DNA of 64,000 nucleotides. Origin: an uncultured Bacteroidota bacterium (GTDB lineage: Bacteria > Bacteroidota > Bacteroidia > Flavobacteriales > Flavobacteriaceae). The notes beneath the pieces were generated by a model that saw nothing but the letters and a program-made list of their open reading frames with translations, was not told where the DNA came from and searched no databases. Position numbers and translations under genes: made by a program. Of the stretch, positions 46,631 to 56,425 are shown in pieces; position 1 is the stretch's first letter; every line of letters starts with the position of its first letter. The DNA lies in contig CACEJV010000001.1 of NCBI GenBank assembly GCA_902559905.1, positions 52,495-116,494 of the forward strand. Direction: 5' to 3'.

Positions 46631-47962
46631 TTAAAAAATTCTATATTTTGAACCTAGGAATTGATTAACTTCAGAGTCTTCAAATTTAAAATTTTCTTTA
46701 TCCCATTTAAGTAATCTATTTGGAAATCGTCCGGCAATAACACCTAAAAGAACTACCTGTGTTAATCTACCAGAATAAGAAAAAGGAGTTGAACAATCTG
46801 TCTTTCCCAAACACGCATCAACGAATTCATGATAATGTACTTTTGCATCTAAATTATATTCTCTGTAAGGTTTTCTTAATTTCAATGCTTCAGGATACTT
46901 AGATATATCAATTTTTTTATACTCACCTTTAACAATTAGCCTTGGCTCTTGCATAAAATGTGGTAGAAGTAATTTGCCTTTTTCTCCAATAAACATTGAC
47001 CCTTGAAGTGGAAGTCTATCTTGTTTAGGTAATATCAAATCTTTCACGGTTAATGGAAATTGTCCATCTGTCCAAACCAAAGTCATATTGTCAGTTGTAT
47101 ATGCTGTTCCTGGAAAATTATATGTTACAGTACTTTTTGTAGGAAAACTAAAACCATTAAATTCTCTACATTCATTTTTAATACTAATTGGAAAATCTAA
47201 TTCTAAAGCATTGTAAGGGGTATCTAAAATATGTACTCCCATATCACCTAATGTTCCACAACCATAGTCAATTACTTTTCGCCATTGACTAGGATGGTAG
47301 TAGCCTTCTTTATATGGTCTTTTCTTAGATGTTCCAAGCCATAAGTTCCAATCGAGAGACTCAGGAATAGGATCATTTCCAATTGGGACAGTTCCATCAT
47401 AACCAGAGTTTCCATTAGTCCAGGCTCTAACTTTTTTTACTTTCCCTATAATCCCTTCTTTGATTAAAATAGTTGCTAGTTTGTAATCATAAAAAGAGTG
47501 AACTTGGATTCCCATTTGAGTTATTAAATTTTTTTCATTAGCAATTCTAATCATTGATCTTGCTTCTTTTGGATTATGTGTAAGGGGTTTTTGACAATAA
47601 ACATGTTTATTTAAATTCATTGCCATGATAGCTGCAGGTGCATGAGTATGATCAGGAGTTGATATTTGGACTGCATCAATTTGATTCTTCATCTCCTTTA
47701 GCATTATTCGATAATCAGAATATTGTAATGCATTGGGGTATATTTCCTTTAAATTATCTAATGCCAAAGAATCAACATCACATAATCCAACAATTTCAAC
47801 TTGAGAATGTGAAGAAATAGAATTTAGATCCTGTGCTCCCATTCCACCTACTCCAATCTGAGCGATTCTAATTTTTTCTCTACCTAATGACCACACTGGT
47901 GAGGGTAGAACTGCTAGTGATGCTAAAGCAGCTGATCTTTTTAAAAAATCTCTTTTTTTCAC
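46631..47962 (-). CDS. Gfo/Idh/MocA oxidoreductase, Tat-type signal
   Basis: KKRDFLK, IGVGGMG, STPDHTH, YCQKPL, LGDMGVH. Confidence 0.9.
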   Translation of the reverse strand: MKKRDFLKRSAALASLAVLPSPVWSLGREKIRIAQIGVGGMGAQDLNSISSHSQVEIVGLCDVDSLALDNLKEIYPNALQYSDYRIMLKEMKNQIDAVQISTPDHTHAPAAIMAMNLNKHVYCQKPLTHNPKEARSMIRIANEKNLITQMGIQVHSFYDYKLATILIKEGIIGKVKKVRAWTNGNSGYDGTVPIGNDPIPESLDWNLWLGTSKKRPYKEGYYHPSQWRKVIDYGCGTLGDMGVHILDTPYNALELDFPISIKNECREFNGFSFPTKSTVTYNFPGTAYTTDNMTLVWTDGQFPLTVKDLILPKQDRLPLQGSMFIGEKGKLLLPHFMQEPRLIVKGEYKKIDISKYPEALKLRKPYREYNLDAKVHYHEFVDACLGKTDCSTPFSYSGRLTQVVLLGVIAGRFPNRLLKWDKENFKFEDSEVNQFLGSKYRIF

Positions 47963-47972
47963 AATTAAAGAA

Positions 47973-49601
47973 TCAAGGATTTAAAGTCTTTCTTAGAACT
48001 TCACCAGCCTTAAGGCCCATAAAGTTAAAATTATCTACAGCTAATTCTCCATTTACTATTACGTACTTAATTCCATCTGGATACTGATGAGGAGATGTGA
48101 AAGTAGCATTATCTTTTACCGTGTTTTTATCGAAAATCGTTATATCTGCTTTCATACCTTTTTTTATCAATCCCCTATCATTTATTCCAAAAGCGATTGC
48201 AGGGAGATGTGTCATTTTATAAATAGCTTCACTTAATTTTAGAACTTGATCCTCTCTTACGTACTTTCCTAAAACTCTTGGGAAAGTTCCATAAGCTCTA
48301 GGATGTGGATGTCCAACTCCCGGCTCAGATAATCTTCCATCAGAAGCAATCATAGTATGAGGATACTTCATTATATTTTTAACATCTAATTCATCCATAG
48401 CATGAAAAATACAACCTGCCCCTCCATTTAATTCAGCTTCAATTACAAGTTTAGCTCCATTTTCTACAGTCGGTTCTAAACCTTTCATTAATGACCAATC
48501 TTTGAGAGTCCTTCCTTCAAGATCTGGATTCCAGCTTACTCTTGAAAATTGAACTCTATCTAAATCATTTCCTCCTCTATCATTTAAAATATTAAAGACT
48601 ATTTCTTCTTCAATTTTATTTCTTATTTCTTCATCAGATACTCTATTCTTAAATTCCTCACTACCGCCAGCTCTGGCCCATGTAGGAATTAATACATTTA
48701 TGCCTGTGTGACTCGCACTATATGGATATTGATCTGCCATAATCTTAATCCCTTTTTGTCTTGCTGAATCTACTAGAGAAAGTGTCATTTCACTTTTCCC
48801 CCACATTGGCTTTCCAATTACCTTGTGATGTGTAAGAACTACATTTATATCAGCCTCTTTTGCAATTAAAATTGCCTCATTAACAGCATCAATTATTTTT
48901 AATCCCTCATCTCTAAGGTGAGTAGTATATATGCCTCCCTTTTTTGATATTTCTTTAGAAATTTCAATCACTTCTTCAACTTTAGAAAAATTTCCAGGCA
49001 GATATTTTAACCCAGTAGAAATACCAAATGCCCCCTCATCCATAGCCTTACTTGCAAGCATCCTCATTTCATTTAATTCATCTTTAGTTGGGTCCCTATT
49101 TTCTAAGTTCATTACTAATCTTCTAATTTTATTGTGACCAGTTAAAAATCCAACATTCATACCAACTCCAACTTTTTCAATAGAATCTAAGAATTCTTTA
49201 AAACCATATTTCAATGGCACACCTCTTCCATCTGGTCCTCCAAAACTTGTAGTTACACCTTGCCTTACATGGCTTTCACCATCTGATAGATTTATGAAAT
49301 TATCTATTGGATCAAGGTGAGCATGTGTATCAATAAAACCAGGTGAGACTACCAGACCTGAAGCGTCAATTATTTTAAGGGCATTATTTGATTCAATATT
49401 TCCAATCCTAACTATCTCATCTCCAATAATTCCAATATCTTGAATTTTAGATTCACTTCCTGAGCCATCATATACTTCTCCATTAATAATTACGATATCA
49501 TAATCTAAAGGACCAATAACTCTTTTAGTTATGGATATCAAAGCAATAATGGCAATTAAAAAGTATATATATGATAATATTCTCTGAGATGAAGAAGTCA
49601 T
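47973..49601 (-). CDS. N-acyl-D-amino-acid deacylase (amidohydrolase)
   Basis: PGFIDTHAH, STGLKYLPG, HLRDE, DQYPY, HPRAYGTFPR. Confidence 0.88.
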   Translation of the reverse strand: MTSSSQRILSYIYFLIAIIALISITKRVIGPLDYDIVIINGEVYDGSGSESKIQDIGIIGDEIVRIGNIESNNALKIIDASGLVVSPGFIDTHAHLDPIDNFINLSDGESHVRQGVTTSFGGPDGRGVPLKYGFKEFLDSIEKVGVGMNVGFLTGHNKIRRLVMNLENRDPTKDELNEMRMLASKAMDEGAFGISTGLKYLPGNFSKVEEVIEISKEISKKGGIYTTHLRDEGLKIIDAVNEAILIAKEADINVVLTHHKVIGKPMWGKSEMTLSLVDSARQKGIKIMADQYPYSASHTGINVLIPTWARAGGSEEFKNRVSDEEIRNKIEEEIVFNILNDRGGNDLDRVQFSRVSWNPDLEGRTLKDWSLMKGLEPTVENGAKLVIEAELNGGAGCIFHAMDELDVKNIMKYPHTMIASDGRLSEPGVGHPHPRAYGTFPRVLGKYVREDQVLKLSEAIYKMTHLPAIAFGINDRGLIKKGMKADITIFDKNTVKDNATFTSPHQYPDGIKYVIVNGELAVDNFNFMGLKAGEVLRKTLNP

Positions 49602-49688
49602 TTTTTATATTTATTTAAATTTTGTTTCTAGAAGGTAAATATTCTTTTAATTTTAACCAAGTTTCATTTAACCCCCAATAGATAAAAT

Positions 49689-50891
49689 ATGTCACTAGAT
49701 AAAAGAGAATTTGATATTATAATTTGGGGAGCTTCAGGATTTACAGGTAGGCTTGTAGCAGAGTATTTATTTCAAAAATATAATTCCCAAGATTTAAAAT
49801 GGGCAATAGCAGGAAGAGATATAGCCAAATTAACATCTGTAAGAGATAGTTATCTGGATACAAGTATACCAATTTTTATTGCAGATAGTTTTGATGAAGT
49901 ATCTCTAAAGAAAATTACTACAAAAACAAAAGTTATTTGTTCAACTGTTGGGCCATATTCAAAATATGGATCTTTAATTGTAAAGTCATGTGTAGAATCA
50001 TGTACTGATTATTGTGATTTAGCTGGAGAATCTCAATGGATTAGAAAAATGATAGATTTCTACCATAAGAAAGCAGAGTCAAATAAAGTAAAAATTGTAA
50101 ATAGCTGTGGGTTCGATTCGATACCCTCAGATATGGGAGTTTATTTTATCTATAAGGATATTTTAAAGAAAGACTTACAAATTAGTATGAGAGTAGCTGG
50201 AGCAAAAGGAGGATATAGTGGGGGTACTTATGCAAGTATAAATAATATAATTAGCGAAGCTTCAAAAAATAAAGAAATTAGGAAGGATTTAATTAACCCA
50301 TATGGTTTAAATCCAGAAGGAGAAAAAAATGGGCCTGATCAAAGAGACTTGAACTCTGTAATTTTTGATAAAAAAATAAAAAAATGGATAGCTCCATTTT
50401 TAATGGCTGGGATTAATACAAAAATTGTAAGGAGATCTAACGCTCTATCAAATTATACTTATGGAAAAAATTTTAGATATGACGAAGCAGTAATAACTGG
50501 CAATGGATTTATGGGCAGATTAAGGGGAATAATGGTATCAATACCATTAATTTTTTTAGCTGCCAAACCCGGATCAATCATGAAGAGTATTTTTAATATT
50601 TTTTCACCTAATCCAGGTCAAGGTCCAAACAAAAAAGAAAGAGAATCTGGTTACTTTAATATCAGATTCTATGTGTTTGGCGAATCAGTTACTTTAATTT
50701 ATAAAGTTACTGGAGATAGAGATCCTGGATACGGTTCAACTTCTAAAATGCTTGCAGAAAGTGCTGTTTGTTTAGCAAAAGATTCCTTGAATGAATCTTA
50801 TGGAGTTCTTACACCATCAACTTCAATGGGTGATGAAATTTTAAAAAGGCTAGAGTTGAATGCAGGGTTAAAATTTTCTAAAATTAAATAA
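49689..50891 (+). CDS. Saccharopine dehydrogenase-like oxidoreductase
   Basis: WGASGFTG, TVGPY, YCDLAGE, CGFDSIPSD, DPGYGST. Confidence 0.85.
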   Translation: MSLDKREFDIIIWGASGFTGRLVAEYLFQKYNSQDLKWAIAGRDIAKLTSVRDSYLDTSIPIFIADSFDEVSLKKITTKTKVICSTVGPYSKYGSLIVKSCVESCTDYCDLAGESQWIRKMIDFYHKKAESNKVKIVNSCGFDSIPSDMGVYFIYKDILKKDLQISMRVAGAKGGYSGGTYASINNIISEASKNKEIRKDLINPYGLNPEGEKNGPDQRDLNSVIFDKKIKKWIAPFLMAGINTKIVRRSNALSNYTYGKNFRYDEAVITGNGFMGRLRGIMVSIPLIFLAAKPGSIMKSIFNIFSPNPGQGPNKKERESGYFNIRFYVFGESVTLIYKVTGDRDPGYGSTSKMLAESAVCLAKDSLNESYGVLTPSTSMGDEILKRLELNAGLKFSKIK

Positions 50892-51014
50892 TGGTTAAAC
50901 TAAAATTTAAAAATTGTTATTTTTCTTAAAACATAGATAATTAGTTATAAATATCGATGAAAATTTATGGGAAAATTATTAATTTTGCACAAAATTTAAA
51001 CCCATTTAAAAACC

Positions 51015-51338
51015 ATGAAAAATTTCATTATTTCTTTAACTATTTTTATAAGTTCTTCATCATATTCAGCTATTGAAAATCCTAATAATATATACGGATA
51101 TTGGCTAAATAATGAAAGTGAAATATTATTAATTCAACTAGATAATTCTTTTACAAGAAGTAATAAATTCTCAGTACTTGCTCAGGGAAATGTAGAATTT
51201 ATTGATGATAAAATTTTAGTCTACAGAACAGATACTAATGAAGAATATGCTTTAGAATATTTTCTAGGAAAAGAGACACTTGTTGTAATGAAACCAGACT
51301 CTCAAGAAGCTTGGTTATTTTCAAGAATTGGCGACTAA
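51015..51338 (+). CDS. Small secreted hypothetical protein
   Basis: Signal peptide, IYGYW start, beta-rich. Confidence 0.65.
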   Translation: MKNFIISLTIFISSSSYSAIENPNNIYGYWLNNESEILLIQLDNSFTRSNKFSVLAQGNVEFIDDKILVYRTDTNEEYALEYFLGKETLVVMKPDSQEAWLFSRIGD

Positions 51339-51363
51339 CTTATTTATTCTAATTGAAAAAATA

Positions 51364-52812
51364 TTATTCAATTATAGCTTCTGCTTCAATTTCTACAAGA
51401 TAATCTTCGCCTACAAGATTAGCTTGAACTAATGTATTAGCAGGATTAATATCTTTAAATCTTTTACCATGAGTTTCTGCAACATCTTTCCAATCATCCA
51501 TATTTTTGACAAAAATTCTTGTTCTAACAATATCGCTTAGACTACCACCTAATGAAGAGACTGCTGCATCTATCTTATCAATAATGAAGTTTGTTTGAGC
51601 GATTGGATCATTTTTACCAATAACCTTTTCTTTATGAGTAGCTGTAGTTCCTGAGACAATTATTCTGTTATCATATTTAACTGCCCTAGAATAACTTGCC
51701 ATTTCTTCCCAACTAGTATTACTTGAAATATATTCTCTTTTTTTTGTCACTTTAGAAATTTCATAAACTTTTGGCATTGAACTTAAGTGATGACTTAAAT
51801 CACCAGATGCAGTGAGAAATGGTGGTTTTCTATACTCATCACCACAATCCCCTGGAACTACATTTAATAAATTTAATGATTTAGATAATAGTTTCTTATC
51901 CACTTCACTAAAATTAACATCGTATATTTTTTTGTTATCATTGATGTGATCGCTCTCTCCTAACCTTGCTCCAATTATAACTGCTGCAACGTTTGGATCT
52001 TCAAGAATATATCTACTAGCAATATTTGAAATTGAAGTATTATTTTTTATTGCTAATTCATCCAAAGTCTCAAGGAGATTCTGAAATTTTTTCCATCCTC
52101 CTGTCACATCAATAAATCTTTTATATTTCATTTGAGACCAGTTTAGATCATCATTAATTTTAGGTTCTTTTTTACCTAACCATTTTTTTGATAGAAATCC
52201 TCCAGCTAGAGTCCCAAATGCAAATAATTTAATATCAAATTCTTGACAAATTTCTGACATTTCTCCACTTGCTCTTCTATCAAGCAATGAATAACATATT
52301 TGATTTGAAACTAATTTTATTCCACTAGATAGTGCAATTCTTAAATGAGCTGAATCAAAATTTGTTACCCCAATATTTTTAATTAGTCCTTCACGTCTTA
52401 ATTCATCAAGATAAAATAGAGCATCAATCCAGCTTGGGTCAGAATATTGCCAAGCATGAAATTGCATAAGATCAATTTGAGATTGATTCATCCTACTTAA
52501 AGATTTTAATACAGCATCCTTTGTTAATTTCCTGTCTATTTTCCCAGGGGTAGGCACCCATTTAGTAAAAAGATTTATATCAGAATTATTGTGATAATTA
52601 TTTTTAAAAACTCCAGCAATTATTTCACTAGATCCATAGTGATCTGCCATATCAAAAGAAGTAAATCCATTTTTAGCATATAAGTTCATGTACTTTGAAG
52701 TAACATCGGGATCTAATGTTTTACCATCTTTTTCCATATCAGCTATTTGCCATAGACCTATTAAAACTCTTGGAACTGAAAGCTTATCAGATATTTTAAT
52801 TATTTCTTGCAT
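51364..52812 (-). CDS. Aldo/keto reductase fused to a C-terminal RidA (YjgF) domain
   Basis: GLWQ, FDMADHYG, TKW, IGVTNF; C-terminal WEEMASYSRAV, VSGTT, VRTRIFV, LVEIEAEA. Confidence 0.85.
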   Translation of the reverse strand: MQEIIKISDKLSVPRVLIGLWQIADMEKDGKTLDPDVTSKYMNLYAKNGFTSFDMADHYGSSEIIAGVFKNNYHNNSDINLFTKWVPTPGKIDRKLTKDAVLKSLSRMNQSQIDLMQFHAWQYSDPSWIDALFYLDELRREGLIKNIGVTNFDSAHLRIALSSGIKLVSNQICYSLLDRRASGEMSEICQEFDIKLFAFGTLAGGFLSKKWLGKKEPKINDDLNWSQMKYKRFIDVTGGWKKFQNLLETLDELAIKNNTSISNIASRYILEDPNVAAVIIGARLGESDHINDNKKIYDVNFSEVDKKLLSKSLNLLNVVPGDCGDEYRKPPFLTASGDLSHHLSSMPKVYEISKVTKKREYISSNTSWEEMASYSRAVKYDNRIIVSGTTATHKEKVIGKNDPIAQTNFIIDKIDAAVSSLGGSLSDIVRTRIFVKNMDDWKDVAETHGKRFKDINPANTLVQANLVGEDYLVEIEAEAIIE

Positions 52813-54281
52813 TACTCAGATGGTAAAGATTTAAAAATATTATTATTGTTTCTTTTAATTTTTATCCATCTTATAAGAAAATATAATGATGCTAAAGTCA
52901 TTACAATTAGATAGATTAATGTTGAATGGAAATACCAAGCATCAACTTCTGATGTCAAATCTTTATAGGTGTGAATTACTAAAAAGATAACTATTACAAA
53001 TGAGCCCACATATCCAATAATCTTTTGAAGTGATCTATTTTTAAATATTTTGATTTCCTGATATAGTTTTGGGTTGACCTTAACTATTGTAATAACAGTA
53101 ATACACATTAGTAAAAAATTTACCATCATTGAGGTAACCATTATATCAATACCAAGAAAAAAATCACCTGCAAAGTGAGAACCTATTGAACCAATACTTG
53201 CTACAATTCCTACAATTAATATAGATATATATGGGGTACTATACTTTTTATGTATACTTGAAACTTTATCTGGAAAAATTTTGTCTTTGGACCAAGCAAA
53301 CATCAATCTTGATACAGATAAAATCATTGCAGGTAAGTCATTTATGAGAGCTATTGTTGCTCCCAGAATTATTAATATTCCCCAAAATGGTGGCAAAACG
53401 TAACTTAATAGTCCTGGTGCAGTAATATCCTTAATTAATGATTCATCAGCTACAAAATTCCATGGGACAATATTATATACAGATATAGTAAAAAGTATAT
53501 AATAAATTGAAACTATAAATATTGCCAGTAATATTGCCCTAGGAATATTTTTAGTTGGATTTTTTGCCTCATTTCCAGTTTGAGCAATTGCATCAAAGCC
53601 AATAAAACTTGAGAAAAGCAGAGTAGATGCAGTTAGAAAAACCCTCCAATCAAATTGTTTATATTGAATTGAAGTTATTTCCCTTTTATCAATTTCAAAT
53701 ACCGCAGTAATAAAATCATTTTGATTAAATAATAATCCCGATACAATAACTATACTTCCAAGAGCAAACATTATAATTAACATTGGAATCAATGTGTTTC
53801 TGTAGAGCTTTCCTCCAATAATATTTATATATACAAATACCCAAATTAAAATCAATGATATTGATAATCTTACATATCCTACTTCTAGAAAACCTGAAAT
53901 ACTTATTAAGCCTAAATTATAAAATACATCTCTTATAAAGGGCACAATAATATATGCAATAACTCCTATTACTATTGACAATCCAAACCATTGGGAAAAA
54001 CTTGCTATAAACCCAAGATATGGGCTAAGTCCTCTACTCGCATATAGATAGCTTCCTCCTGCTCTCGGCATTGAAGAGGATAAAATTGCATATGAGTAAG
54101 CAGCAAATATTGCAGGTATTGCAGCAAATAAAAATGCTGGAACCACATATGGACCAATTCCAGGAACATTCTTTTGGATCATAAATGGTATGACATTTAT
54201 TGAGGCACCCATCATTGAACATATACCTGTCGCTGTAACAAGCATAAGTCCCATTTGTCTAAGAAGTTTTTTTTGGCTCAC
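52812..54281 (-). CDS. APC family amino-acid permease
   Basis: MPRAGGSYLY, FIGFDAIAQTGNEAKNP, SRLMFAWSKD; stop overlaps the AKR start. Confidence 0.88.
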   Translation of the reverse strand: MSQKKLLRQMGLMLVTATGICSMMGASINVIPFMIQKNVPGIGPYVVPAFLFAAIPAIFAAYSYAILSSSMPRAGGSYLYASRGLSPYLGFIASFSQWFGLSIVIGVIAYIIVPFIRDVFYNLGLISISGFLEVGYVRLSISLILIWVFVYINIIGGKLYRNTLIPMLIIMFALGSIVIVSGLLFNQNDFITAVFEIDKREITSIQYKQFDWRVFLTASTLLFSSFIGFDAIAQTGNEAKNPTKNIPRAILLAIFIVSIYYILFTISVYNIVPWNFVADESLIKDITAPGLLSYVLPPFWGILIILGATIALINDLPAMILSVSRLMFAWSKDKIFPDKVSSIHKKYSTPYISILIVGIVASIGSIGSHFAGDFFLGIDIMVTSMMVNFLLMCITVITIVKVNPKLYQEIKIFKNRSLQKIIGYVGSFVIVIFLVIHTYKDLTSEVDAWYFHSTLIYLIVMTLASLYFLIRWIKIKRNNNNIFKSLPSE

Positions 54282-54342
54282 TTAAAGTTTTTAAGTATCA
54301 CAAATTACATATATTTTATAACTAGTTTTTGTAAATTTAAAT

Positions 54343-54948
54343 ATGTCAACAAAATCTCATTGGGATAAAATATACAAAGAAAAGAGTCCTAATGAAGTAT
54401 CATGGACACAAGAAGTTCCAGTTACATCAATTAAGTTTTTTGAGAAATTTAATATAGATAAGTCGTCACCCATAATTGATATTGGTGGGGGTGAGAGTAG
54501 GTTTGTTGACTATCTAATCCAGAACGAATACAAAAATATATCTGTACTTGATATTTCTATAAATGCTATCAACAGAGTAAAAGATAGACTTGGAAAAGAT
54601 TCTGATAATGTAAATTGGATCGTTAGTGATATATATGATTTTAATCCAGAAACTCAATACTCTTTTTGGCATGATCGAGCTGTATTTCATTTTTTAACTG
54701 AAAAAAAAGCAATCAAGAGATATGTCAAACTAGTTAATGAATTTTCCAAAAATTTTGTTGTTGGTACTTTCTCAAAATCAGGGCCCTTAAAATGTAGTGG
54801 TTTAAATATTTCTCAGTATGATAAAGATTCTCTTGAAAAATTATTTTGTGATGGAGATCTATCAATCAATGATTATGAATATATTAATCATACAACTCCT
54901 TTTGAAACGACTCAAAATTTTATATTTTGCGGATTCTCGTTAAAGTAA
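54343..54948 (+). CDS. Class I SAM-dependent methyltransferase
   Basis: IIDIGGG, VLDIS, WHDRAVFHFL, KCSGL. Confidence 0.88.
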   Translation: MSTKSHWDKIYKEKSPNEVSWTQEVPVTSIKFFEKFNIDKSSPIIDIGGGESRFVDYLIQNEYKNISVLDISINAINRVKDRLGKDSDNVNWIVSDIYDFNPETQYSFWHDRAVFHFLTEKKAIKRYVKLVNEFSKNFVVGTFSKSGPLKCSGLNISQYDKDSLEKLFCDGDLSINDYEYINHTTPFETTQNFIFCGFSLK

Positions 54949-54965
54949 ACTAATTATTATAACTA

Positions 54966-55997
54966 ATGGAATATAACAAACTACCTGGGACAAATATTGA
55001 AGTAAGTAAAATTTGTCTTGGTACTATGACATGGGGTAGACAAAATTCTGAGTCTGAAGCTTTTGAACAAATGGATTATAGTTTAGATCACGGAGTAAAC
55101 TTTTTTGATACAGCAGAATTATATCCAGTTCCTGCAACTCCTGACAGGTATGCCGATACTGAAAGAATAATTGGGAATTGGTTATCTCTAAGAAATAATA
55201 GAGAAAAAATAATATTAGCTTCAAAAATTGCTGGACCTGGAGACTACACAGCTCATATTAGAAAAACAGGTTTTAAAGGAGACTCAATTGAAGATGCAGT
55301 AAATGGAAGTTTAAAAAGACTTAAAACTGATTACTTGGATTTATATCAACTTCACTGGCCAGAAAGAATGACAAACTTTTTTGGAAAAAGAGGATTTACA
55401 TATGCTAATGATGGATGGGAAGATAACTTTCAAGAGATTTTGGAGAAACTAAAAAAAATAGTTGATGAGGGAAAAGTAAGATATGTTGGTTTATCAAATG
55501 AAAATCCTTGGGGGTTCATGAAGTTTATTGAATACTCTAAAATTGGGTTACCTAAAATGATAACGATCCAAAATCCTTATTCACTTTTAAATAGACTTTT
55601 TGAAGTTGGTAATGCAGAAATATGTAAAAGAGAGAACGTTGGATTGTTGGCATATTCACCTCTTGGGTTTGGTGTGCTTTCTGGAAAATACAGAAATGGT
55701 GAGATGCCTGAAAATAGTAGGCTTAAACTATTTCCCAATTTATCAAGATTTAGTAATAATAATTGTGCAAAGGCAATTGATATGTATTTTGAAATTTCAC
55801 AAAAGCATAATATGACATTAACAGAGATGTCGCTTGCATTTGTTAATGATAGGCCATTTGTAACTAGTAATATAATTGGGGCTACATCAATGGATCAGTT
55901 GAAAGAAAATATTAATAGTATTAATATTAAATTATCTGATGAAATTATCTCAGAAATTAATTTAGTTAATGAGAAAATACCAAATCCAGCTCCATAA
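54966..55997 (+). CDS. NADP(H)-dependent aldo/keto reductase, Tas-like
   Basis: LGTMTWG, FFDTAELY, YQLHWPER, IQNPYSLLNR, YSPLGFG. Confidence 0.9.
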   Translation: MEYNKLPGTNIEVSKICLGTMTWGRQNSESEAFEQMDYSLDHGVNFFDTAELYPVPATPDRYADTERIIGNWLSLRNNREKIILASKIAGPGDYTAHIRKTGFKGDSIEDAVNGSLKRLKTDYLDLYQLHWPERMTNFFGKRGFTYANDGWEDNFQEILEKLKKIVDEGKVRYVGLSNENPWGFMKFIEYSKIGLPKMITIQNPYSLLNRLFEVGNAEICKRENVGLLAYSPLGFGVLSGKYRNGEMPENSRLKLFPNLSRFSNNNCAKAIDMYFEISQKHNMTLTEMSLAFVNDRPFVTSNIIGATSMDQLKENINSINIKLSDEIISEINLVNEKIPNPAP

Positions 55998-56007
55998 TTT
56001 TTAAAAT

Positions 56008-56391
56008 TTAGAAATCCCTGTTTTCAAAATTATCATTTTTTGGATTTGGTCCAAATTGATTTTCGCCTTGTTCACCTTCAGTAGCAAAAAGAATTATAAG
56101 CCATATAGCTCCAATTATTGGAATTAATACAAGTAAGTAGTACCATCCTGATTTGCCTATATCGTGCAGTCTTCGAATAGCTACAGATAAACTTGGGACA
56201 AATACTGCTAGACCATATCCTATGTAAATAGGTCCGTATCCAATTGCCCATGTGGTTCCAAGCATATTATCTAAGAGAAGACAGAAAATTGAAATAAGAG
56301 AATTGATAAAAACAAACATCCAATACTCCATTCTTCTGGATCTTCCGTTAAAATCAAAATAAGAATTGATTACTTTTAAATACCATTCCAT
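56008..56391 (-). CDS. DUF805 membrane protein
   Basis: FNGRSRRMEYWMF, IRRLHDIGKSGW, GENQFGPNP. Confidence 0.92.
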   Translation of the reverse strand: MEWYLKVINSYFDFNGRSRRMEYWMFVFINSLISIFCLLLDNMLGTTWAIGYGPIYIGYGLAVFVPSLSVAIRRLHDIGKSGWYYLLVLIPIIGAIWLIILFATEGEQGENQFGPNPKNDNFENRDF

Positions 56392-56425
56392 TTGATTAAT
56401 TTACAAAATAATTTCCTCTTGTCTG

